Source: a virus (taxonomy: Duplodnaviria > Caudoviricetes). Taken from it: a DNA stretch of 32,749 nt. The DNA is taken from positions 1 to 32,749 of the IMG/VR virus record IMGVR_UViG_3300025571_000014. One strand, written 5' to 3'. Below, piece by piece: positions 7,433-14,531 of this stretch; position 1 is the stretch's first letter, and every line of letters starts with the position of its first letter. Made by a program: the position numbers and the translations under genes. Below the pieces are notes generated by a model. It made no database searches and was not told where the DNA came from. It worked only from the letters and a program-made list of their open reading frames with translations.

Positions 7433-8625
7433 ACCTCCTTATCCCACCCTAACGCTTTACGGTCGGCGGCGAACATATGCATCGAAACGCAATGGAAGAT
7501 AAGCCGACCTAGCTGGGCTTCTTTCCATACTGGATGGTCCTGCAGCCTCTCGTGAACCCACTGTGCCAGCCGGACAGTCATGTAGACGTCGTCCTTGAAG
7601 TGTCGGAGGTAATCACAGGAACGTATATAGTAAGTGGTATGTAAGTACCCACCCCGGAGGATGAAGTGATACCCTAGGGTGCAGGGGACACGGCCCCCGT
7701 GAACGACACCAGTGTCCTCTGGGAACCAGACTGGAAGGTAAGCCTGTCGAGTGAAGGGCTCTGCTCTTAGCAGGTTGACTAGGTCGTTGAGGTCACCGGC
7801 CTCATACATCATCCCCCGAAGTTTCTCTCCGTTGTCGAATTTGGGCCAGTACCGCGACATGTACGTGTGAGTGAACCTAGGCTCCCACGACCGGCCCCAG
7901 AGGGTGTCCGCGGGAGGGTTCCCCTTCGGAGATGGGGTAAGCTGGGAGATAAACTCTAAAGCTTCCCGGGCGCTCTCACGCTTGATAACAAGATACGGTA
8001 GTAAGTTACTAAGCAACCATACTACCTCTACCCTCTTGTTTACTTGCCAGAAGTAAGTAACATTGTTGTACTCCCTCCCGTTTAGTACTTTAGTTCCACC
8101 GTCGCGCTTCTTCACCATACCGACCCCGAATAGGTCCACCAGCCTATGTAGTACCATTGGGTCCTTCTGGTAAACCATCACTCGGTATCCCCGTCGTTTG
8201 GGGTTTCGGTATATAGTGCCCTCTCCGTCTAAGAGGCCAGCAAGATATGCCCAAGCTTGCGGGGAGACTAGCGGCCCTTCACCCTCTGTGCGAAACCTGT
8301 CGTTCTCTGGACGGTGTTTGTAGAACGGCCAGTTCTTGTACTGCTCACCGGGGTTCAATGGCTCCCCGAACACCCTCTCCTGGAAGTGGTCCTCAGCCCA
8401 CGGGAGGTGTGGCCTGATATCTGCCTGTGCCTTCTCGACGGTGGCGGGCATGGGGAACGAGAAGCTCAGGTTGAGCACCTCGAAGTGGTCCATCTCTGGC
8501 TTCCCCGAGACGTTCATCCCCTGCCACTTGCCGGCGTTGATTCGGTGCGCACGGTACCGCAGCAGGTCGCGTACCCAGTCGTCCGCGTCCCTGAAGTTGC
8601 CGAACACTCTCATTGAGGCTTCCAA
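7429..8625 (-). CDS. Thymidylate-synthase-fold enzyme, probable dCMP methyl/hydroxymethyl-transferase, with in-frame LAGLIDADG insertion
   Basis: PFTRQAYLPVW, catalytic VPCTLGYHF, IRSCDYLRHFKDD (Asp where TS has Asn), SMHMF; alternative start ATG 8613. Confidence 0.85.
   Translation of the reverse strand: MEASMRVFGNFRDADDWVRDLLRYRAHRINAGKWQGMNVSGKPEMDHFEVLNLSFSFPMPATVEKAQADIRPHLPWAEDHFQERVFGEPLNPGEQYKNWPFYKHRPENDRFRTEGEGPLVSPQAWAYLAGLLDGEGTIYRNPKRRGYRVMVYQKDPMVLHRLVDLFGVGMVKKRDGGTKVLNGREYNNVTYFWQVNKRVEVVWLLSNLLPYLVIKRESAREALEFISQLTPSPKGNPPADTLWGRSWEPRFTHTYMSRYWPKFDNGEKLRGMMYEAGDLNDLVNLLRAEPFTRQAYLPVWFPEDTGVVHGGRVPCTLGYHFILRGGYLHTTYYIRSCDYLRHFKDDVYMTVRLAQWVHERLQDHPVWKEAQLGRLIFHCVSMHMFAADRKALGWDKEV
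7880..8277 (-). mobile_element. Single-motif LAGLIDADG homing endonuclease domain inserted in frame (boundaries approximate)
   Basis: AWAYLAGLLDGEGTI, VYQKD..L..L...FGVG, YFWQV, LLPYLVIKRE; visibly more AT-rich than the flanks. Confidence 0.85.
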
Positions 8626-8629
8626 TCGC

Positions 8630-8797
8630 TTATGATGGCTGGTCCCCCTCCTCCTCCTTGATCTTTGCTAACAGCTCCTGGAACCGGCGTATGATCTCCG
8701 CCCGTTGCCGGCGCTTGACCTCTGAGTAGTAAAGAGCCCCAGTGACACTTACGATGGCCAGGAAGAGTAAGATTGCCTGGAAAAGCCATGTATTCAT
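8630..8797 (-). CDS. Small membrane-anchored protein, 55 aa (not in ORF track)
   Basis: MNTWLFQAILLFLAIVSVTGALYYSEVKRRQRAEIIRRFQELLAKIKEEEGDQPS*; SD AGGAG; upstream TAGGAT -10 at 8817-8822. Confidence 0.7.
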   Translation of the reverse strand: MNTWLFQAILLFLAIVSVTGALYYSEVKRRQRAEIIRRFQELLAKIKEEEGDQPS

Positions 8798-8854
8798 AAG
8801 TAACTCCTGCTAACTGATCCTAATATGTCCCTGACGCTCTTGAATATAGCGGAA

Positions 8855-9127
8855 CTAACGCTCGTCAACGACACGCGCCCAGACGCCCCAGTCACCTGAT
8901 GGGGTTCGTCTCACAACTACCTCGAGGCGATACGGGGCCGCGATGCGTTGGTACCTCTCGTTATTGAGTACCCTGTAGAGGCTCTTCATCGGCGAGGATT
9001 TGGGGTTTCTCCTCAAACAAGCCCAGCGGTTAGGGTTCTCCTTCAAGGCTTCGACAAGGGGCGAGTACTTCAGGTACTTCTTCCCCTCGCTTGGGGGGTC
9101 GCTCCAGATGAGTCGTGGAAGGGTCAT
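8855..9127 (-). CDS. Hypothetical phage protein, 90 aa, basic
   Basis: SD GGAGG, fills an operon gap in the correct orientation. Confidence 0.7.
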   Translation of the reverse strand: MTLPRLIWSDPPSEGKKYLKYSPLVEALKENPNRWACLRRNPKSSPMKSLYRVLNNERYQRIAAPYRLEVVVRRTPSGDWGVWARVVDER

Positions 9128-9151
9128 TTCAACAAACCTCCCGATACCACT

Positions 9152-10033
9152 TCATCTCTCCACACCCCATAAGTCGAACCATCCCTCCTTCTCCCCGATC
9201 TCATGCCAGTCGAACTCAGCGTTGGCTAGGAAGAGCTTGCCATAGCGACGGCGTTGACCCCACTTCTCCCTCTCGGGGAACAGAGTGTTCCCCCAGAAGT
9301 ATCGCTTGAGGAAACGATCCCAGCGGTTCGACTCGGGCTTGGCATAGAAGTCATACACAGCCTGGTCCCCGCCGTAGCCCTGCAGAACAAGCGGCGTGAA
9401 GTAAGTCCTTTGAGAGGCCTGCGTAGCGGTCCACCGGATGTGGAGCTCTTCTTCGTTCCAGCCCTCGAGGCCGGACTCAGCGATTGCCCTTCTCACCAGG
9501 TGACGCACGAAGTAGAGGTCACCGAGGAGCGCCTTGCCAACTTCGCTAGCACGGGAGAAGACGTGGATGCCATTGTACTTGTCGAACCGGGTCAGGACGA
9601 TGGCGATGAGACAGCCGCCACCATCAGGTGCCGTGCCCTCTTGATAGTTCCCCGGCCGGAAGAGGAGGATCGATTGAGACGCTAGCTTAGAAGGCTTCGT
9701 GCGGACGGGGTTTAGGTTCCTCGCTGTGCGTGCCGTGCGGGGGGCGTTGGTCAGCCGGGGGCTTGCGCGGATGACCGATATGCAATGATCCCAAAGTTCC
9801 GGCTGAACATACCTCTTCTCGAGGAGCTTGATTCGTTTATCCGCTGTACCGGTAACACCCATCAAGGGTATGGTGACGTCAGGCAGGCCGAACCCCCAAG
9901 CCTCCATCTTCATGTCCTGGATGGCGAGCATAGGCATGAAGACACCCGTACCATCCGGGGCGTTCGCCATGTCGAGGTTTAGGCGGTACCACGCTTCGTA
10001 GAGTGAAGGTAACGTTGTAGGGTCAATAGCCAC
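9152..10033 (-). CDS. Divergent second thymidylate-synthase-fold protein
   Basis: GGCLIAIVL...IHVFSRASEVGKALLGDLYF aligns by eye with PCTLGYHF...YIRSCDYLRHFKDDVYM of the neighbouring enzyme. Confidence 0.55.
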   Translation of the reverse strand: MAIDPTTLPSLYEAWYRLNLDMANAPDGTGVFMPMLAIQDMKMEAWGFGLPDVTIPLMGVTGTADKRIKLLEKRYVQPELWDHCISVIRASPRLTNAPRTARTARNLNPVRTKPSKLASQSILLFRPGNYQEGTAPDGGGCLIAIVLTRFDKYNGIHVFSRASEVGKALLGDLYFVRHLVRRAIAESGLEGWNEEELHIRWTATQASQRTYFTPLVLQGYGGDQAVYDFYAKPESNRWDRFLKRYFWGNTLFPEREKWGQRRRYGKLFLANAEFDWHEIGEKEGWFDLWGVER

Positions 10034-10661
10034 TCCGGATCCTCTCTTCGTTGATTTTGTGCTTACTCAGATATCGGTCGTAGAGGTCTTGGGGGGACAT
10101 ACCGGCGATAATGATGAGCTGCAGGAAGCTGAAGTTTAGCTCCTGGGCTGCCTTCTTCAACTGCTGCAAGTCAGTCTTACGCCGGGACTGTTTCCAGGGC
10201 TTGTTCTTCAACACGTACCCTAGCTTAGTCGCGAAAAGCTGGGTCCTCAGCAGAATCGAAGACGGAAGAGCATCGGTGCCCGTGGGGAAGAGAGCTTCAG
10301 CGTAGCTGAACAAGGCGTCCAGCAGGTCGACCGGAGCTCGCGTTCCGGGTGCGAACTGGAGGGACTCAGGCACCAGCTCGTCCGGGCCGATACCACACAG
10401 GATGAAGACCTCGACCAGGAAGTGGAAGGCATCTACGTACTCCGTCAGTACTAACTCGAGGTCGGCGCCCTCTATCGCAGCTTCGGCCGCTTCCCCCAAC
10501 TCCTCAAGGAAAGCGTACAACGTCAGCTTGATCTGTGCCTGCACCTGTGGGTCGTCGAGGTCACAGGGGAGTGAGGCGTGAGGGAGGCCATTATTGAGGA
10601 CCACAGGAGCGAACGAGTGGTAGAGTTTCTCCTGCTGTTCGAAGATTCGTTCCAGCCTCAC
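10023..10661 (-). CDS. All-alpha NTP pyrophosphatase (dimeric dUTPase/dCTPase, MazG-like)
   Basis: EELGEA, EYVDAFHF, LKNKPWKQ, Y..K...N..R..SGY. Confidence 0.85.
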   Translation of the reverse strand: MRLERIFEQQEKLYHSFAPVVLNNGLPHASLPCDLDDPQVQAQIKLTLYAFLEELGEAAEAAIEGADLELVLTEYVDAFHFLVEVFILCGIGPDELVPESLQFAPGTRAPVDLLDALFSYAEALFPTGTDALPSSILLRTQLFATKLGYVLKNKPWKQSRRKTDLQQLKKAAQELNFSFLQLIIIAGMSPQDLYDRYLSKHKINEERIRSGY

Positions 10662-11227
10662 TTGAAATGCTCCTCTCTGAACAGCATTGGCTGGTGCTCG
10701 CGCGAGGTTTGACCTGCGGGCTGTATCGCATCGACTATCAAGTCCATACTATCCCGAGTGTAATCGAAAGTGTGAACGAGGATCTTAGACGTCCCCTGAG
10801 CATGCGCAAGCACCAACTCAGAAATGAGCTGGTCGTAGTTTTTGATGATATCGGGCAGGTTCGCTAAGAGTTGCTGAGATTCGCTCTTCGCGATAACGGC
10901 CTCACGTATAACGTCGATTGGGGGGCGGCAGTAGATGAGAGTCGTCGGGATGCGATGCCAGGCAGTGTGCAGCGGGTGATACCTCGATATCAGCGCTCTG
11001 TTACGCAGTACCGGGCCATAGATAAGTTCACTGACCAACGGAAACCGGTCGAGAATGAGGCTGTCCCGCAGCGGAGACGTGAGCATCCTGAGCGCCCATG
11101 CCTTCATCTCCAGCTCGCCCTGCGTCACCCCCGGTGAGTGCAGCAGTGGCCGCCCGGTCTGAGAGGCAAGGTACGTGCCCAGGGTGCTCTTCCCTCCGCC
11201 ATCTGGACCTTCGAGAATGACCAGCAT
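10658..11227 (-). CDS. dNMP kinase (thymidylate-kinase-like)
   Basis: ILEGPDGGGKST P-loop and LDRFPLVSELIYG; SD GAGGAGG. Confidence 0.88.
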   Translation of the reverse strand: MLVILEGPDGGGKSTLGTYLASQTGRPLLHSPGVTQGELEMKAWALRMLTSPLRDSLILDRFPLVSELIYGPVLRNRALISRYHPLHTAWHRIPTTLIYCRPPIDVIREAVIAKSESQQLLANLPDIIKNYDQLISELVLAHAQGTSKILVHTFDYTRDSMDLIVDAIQPAGQTSREHQPMLFREEHFK

Positions 11228-11244
11228 TAGTTCCTCCTCACAGG

Positions 11245-11332
11245 ACTATAACCCGAGGGGTGAAACTCTGTAAACGACTGTTCTTTCATGCACAGACCCC
11301 TATTTACCAGATCGCGAAACCCGACGTATTGT
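11245..11332. promoter_or_regulatory. Divergent promoter pair
   Basis: Minus: TTTACA (11274-11269)-N18-TATAGT (11250-11245). Plus: TTTACC (11303)-N18-TATTGT (11327-11332). Confidence 0.55.
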
Positions 11333-11363
11333 AGGAAAAGAATCTCAGTGGCGAGGAGCAAAG

Positions 11364-13238
11364 GTGAGAGATGACATCCTCCGATCCGTTCTCGAATCAC
11401 AGCCAGGCGAATATGTCGCCGTCGCCGCTAAACATCGAGGCAGATGGTCGGACTATGTCACCGACTCTATCGATGATGCCATCCGATGGCTGAGGGAGAG
11501 GCCTAGGGGCTCCGACCTCTACTGGTGCCCGACGAAGTTCAACCGGCGGCGCAGGGTCAAAGAGGCCGCTGCTGGCACCCGCTTCCTGTGGGCTGACCTC
11601 GACAACCTCGACCCTGACGACCTCGACCCTTCCCCATCGATCCTATGGCAGTCATCACCAGGCAGATATCAGTGCCTCTGGAAGCTCGATAAGGAGCTGC
11701 CACCGGACCAAGCAGAGCGGCTCAATCGCAACCTCACATATCATGTAGGGGCCGACAAAAGTGGCTGGGATCTTACTCAGGTACTGAGAGTACCGGGGAC
11801 ACGGAACTACAAGTACCCCGGAGCACCGCGGGGGAAGCTCCTACATAATGACGAAAAGGTCATATCGTCTGACCTCGGTCTGCCCGAGCCGGAGGAATCG
11901 CGGCTCACAGGCCGCAGCTGGCGCGAGGCGCTCAGCAGGAACCTGACTAAGATTCCTCCCAAGACTCGCCGTCTGCTCACAGCGCCCACGGCGACCAAAG
12001 GCAAACGTTCAGATGTGCTCTGGCGACTGGTGCATGAGCTCACAGCTGCAGACGTCGACCCGGAGGATATAGAGATCTTACTACGCGGGTCGGTGTGGAA
12101 CAAGTACAGAGGTCGTCGGGACGAGCTCAAACGGTTGCGTCTCGAGATCGCGGCCGCGCTCGAGAACCGCATCAAACGCATGGAGGTCGATGAAGACCCT
12201 CTAGCGGAGTCGTCTCGAGCCAGGGAAGTTGTGCGTCTACCACACTCTGTCCTCAGAGCACAGGTTGCCGGCAGCCACGCCTGGATGGTCAAGGACTGGT
12301 GGACTCGAGGTTCTCGAGGCATGATAGCCGGTGAACCCAAGAGCTTCAAAAGCTTCCTGGCACAGGATCTCGCGCTCTCTGTGGCCTCAGGCAAGCCTTT
12401 CCTTGACCGCTTCCCCGTGCTGACCCCGGGCCCCGTGCTGATGATTCAGGCAGAGAACGCCGAGTGGATCATCAACGACCGGTCGGAGAAGATCGAGCTC
12501 TCGAAGGGTCTCACGGGTCGCGTCGAGTTCCCGCACGTCGAGTTCCCGCCGGAACTGCCCATCGAATACATCAACAACCAAGTCCTCAACTTGCTTGACC
12601 CGGTGGACCGAGAGCTGATAGAGGAGCATATCGCGGAGGTCAAGCCGGTGCTCACCATCCTCGACCCGCTCTACCTGCTATTCTCTGGCGACGTGAACTC
12701 GGCACAAGAGCTCAACCCCGTCCTGACTTGGCTCATGGACGTCAACGTGCGCCACAAGACTAGCATCATCATAGTTCACCATATGGGGAAGGCGAAACAA
12801 GGCACGACACGGCGCGGGGGCCAGCGGATGCTGGGCTCGACAACGCTTCACGGGTGGACTGAGAGCGCCTGGTATATCGATGTGAAAACAGCAGAGGACG
12901 ACCCAAGACCGTTACTTTCGATCGAGAGAGAGTTTCGCGCTGCGGGAGTTTTCCCACGGTACCATCTGCAACTCGAGGTGGGTGAGTGGGGAGATCCGAC
13001 ATACCGGGTCATCCACGAACCGAAGGTGGACCGCAACCAGAAGACCACAGTGAGACGGAACATAGTGGCGGAGATCCTCGAGTCTGAGGGCAGACCGATG
13101 CTGCCATATCAGATCTTCAAACACCCGATGAACGATACGCTACTGAGCAAACGCCAGGTGAACGCGGCGCTCGAGGAGGCTGTCAAAGCGGGACTAGTAC
13201 GTCGGGTGGGCGACGCCTACGAGTGGATCGATAACTGA
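11364..13238 (+). CDS. Primase-helicase: RepB'-like primase domain plus AAA_25 RecA-type helicase and possible C-terminal winged helix
   Basis: LWADLD, SSPGRYQCLW, VLRVPGTRNYKY; Walker A GEPKSFKS, ILDPL, VHHMGK, RMLGS; SD GAGGAG. Confidence 0.9.
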   Translation: MRDDILRSVLESQPGEYVAVAAKHRGRWSDYVTDSIDDAIRWLRERPRGSDLYWCPTKFNRRRRVKEAAAGTRFLWADLDNLDPDDLDPSPSILWQSSPGRYQCLWKLDKELPPDQAERLNRNLTYHVGADKSGWDLTQVLRVPGTRNYKYPGAPRGKLLHNDEKVISSDLGLPEPEESRLTGRSWREALSRNLTKIPPKTRRLLTAPTATKGKRSDVLWRLVHELTAADVDPEDIEILLRGSVWNKYRGRRDELKRLRLEIAAALENRIKRMEVDEDPLAESSRAREVVRLPHSVLRAQVAGSHAWMVKDWWTRGSRGMIAGEPKSFKSFLAQDLALSVASGKPFLDRFPVLTPGPVLMIQAENAEWIINDRSEKIELSKGLTGRVEFPHVEFPPELPIEYINNQVLNLLDPVDRELIEEHIAEVKPVLTILDPLYLLFSGDVNSAQELNPVLTWLMDVNVRHKTSIIIVHHMGKAKQGTTRRGGQRMLGSTTLHGWTESAWYIDVKTAEDDPRPLLSIEREFRAAGVFPRYHLQLEVGEWGDPTYRVIHEPKVDRNQKTTVRRNIVAEILESEGRPMLPYQIFKHPMNDTLLSKRQVNAALEEAVKAGLVRRVGDAYEWIDN

Positions 13239-13254
13239 GAAAAAGCGGAGTATA

Positions 13255-13419
13255 GGGCCCGAACTAAGGTGAGAAAAGATAGTCTCGGGGCCTGAACTAG
13301 GGTAAGCAAAGGTTGTAGCAGAGCCTAAACTTAGGTAAGCAAAGATAGTCTCGGAGCCTGAACTAAGGTAAGCAAAGATCGTTTAGAGAGCTAAACTAAG
13401 GTAAGCAAAAATAGTCGCG
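13255..13419. repeat. Five tandem imperfect 33-bp repeats, iteron-like
   Basis: Units start at 13255, 13288, 13321, 13354, 13387; consensus GAGCCTGAACTAAGGTAAGCAAAGATAGTCTCG. Confidence 0.95.
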
Positions 13420-13890
13420 GGGGCGCGAAACAAGTGCGAAACAAGCGCGAACTGATAACGGTTCTGGATTTCGCGCTGCGCGAAATGGAGTGCGAAACCA
13501 CAGGAGGGCGGAAGAAGCGAGAAACCCCGTGCTCGACGGGATTTCGCGCTATTTCGCGCTTATTTCGCGTGGATTTCGCAGGAGCGCGAAATAGCGCGAA
13601 ATCCTGCGAAATCCAGACGCGAACCGATAATGGATCTGGATTTCGCGCAGCGCGAAATCAGCGCGAAATCACAGGGGGGCAAAAGGCGCAAGAAACCCGT
13701 GCTAGCCGGGATTTCGCAGGATTTCGCGCCCCGCGAAATGGGGTGCGAAACCACAGGGGGGGCGACTCTCCCAACCGGGACGTTCGTGGATTTCGCGTCC
13801 CCCCCACACATATACCTTAGGTATATGTGGGGGGCGCGAAATGCACGAACCCCGGGGAGTTGGGACGCGAAATCCAGACGCGAAACAACC
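13420..13890. repeat. Array of GCGAAA/TTTCGC motifs with nested inverted repeats; candidate replication origin
   Basis: More than 20 motif copies by hand count; perfect inverted repeats 13539-13560/13583-13604 and 13570-13583/13602-13615; long hairpin 13782-13850. Confidence 0.8.
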
Positions 13891-13952
13891 CGATATGGGA
13901 GGTGGCCGGGGTGGCGGGAGGAGGCGTGGGTGTGGAGTGGAGGAGAATGGAC

Positions 13953-13982
13953 CTGACAAGGTTAGGGCCGTGGTGGTAGGAT
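13953..13982 (+). promoter_or_regulatory. Extended -10 promoter
   Basis: CTGACA-N18-TAGGAT with TG at the extended -10 position. Confidence 0.45.
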
Positions 13983-14041
13983 GTGAAGGTGGAGGAAGAA
14001 TGGTGGGGGCTCTACCTCTTCGAACAACCCGAGGATGGAGG

Positions 14042-14281
14042 ATGATTGAGATGGTGAAGATCAATCACGAACAGGTAGCGAAGGTTAGAGAAGCGCTGGG
14101 GAAGGAAGGGATGCTTGAGAAGTTGGACAACGTCGGGGATCGGTGCCAAACTCTGTTAGAGCGGGGCAGCCGTCGAGGGAACCTGTGGCTGATCGATTTT
14201 GCGCAGCGGAAGTACCAGCAGGCCAAGGCCTATGCCAACGTGCTTAGCAATCAGCTGTACGAAGACGGTCCGGCCCTGTGA
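14042..14281 (+). CDS. Hypothetical protein, about 79 aa (start 14042 or 14051)
   Basis: GAGGA/GGAGGA SD-like sequences upstream; helical composition; the upstream part of the listed 13841 ORF lies in the repeat block. Confidence 0.6.
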   Translation: MIEMVKINHEQVAKVREALGKEGMLEKLDNVGDRCQTLLERGSRRGNLWLIDFAQRKYQQAKAYANVLSNQLYEDGPAL

Positions 14282-14493
14282 TCTGCGAGAGAACGGCCGA
14301 GGCTCTAGGACGCTCTACAAGGGCTTCCAAAGGGGTACCCCGGAGTATACCCTTGGGGGTGGGGGCTGGAAGGCCTTCTAGGGCCCTCTCAGGCTCTTCT
14401 GGGAGGGGTCAGACGTATCCCCGAGGGGCACTTTCGGGGTATCGGGTGTAAAAGCGCCCTAATTGTCAGAGAAATCAGGCGAGGTTCAACTGT

Positions 14494-14522
14494 TTTACAA
14501 CCTATAGCAAGGGTGGTATAAT
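14494..14522 (+). promoter_or_regulatory. Near-consensus sigma70 promoter for the packaging and structural operon
   Basis: TTTACA-N17-TATAAT with extended TG; ATG 9 nt downstream. Confidence 0.8.
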
Positions 14523-14531
14523 CGGGGTATC

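Noticed and set aside
7880-8277. Canonical intein or group I/II intron
   Set aside because: No intein splice-junction residues and no room for a ribozyme core outside the LAGLIDADG domain.
7429-8625. Ordinary thyA
   Set aside because: Asp replaces the dUMP-specifying Asn and the N-terminus does not resemble canonical ThyA, so the symbol was withheld.
13255-13419. CRISPR mini-array, given the Cas4-like nuclease in the genome
   Set aside because: Units abut with no unique spacers, the variable part is only about 10 bp and recurs, and there are no cas genes; the nuclease sits in a standard phage recombination module.
13434-14064. ORFs across the palindrome block (13434, 13560, 13630, 13702, 5' part of 13841)
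   Set aside because: No SD, low-complexity translation dictated by the GCGAAA repeats.
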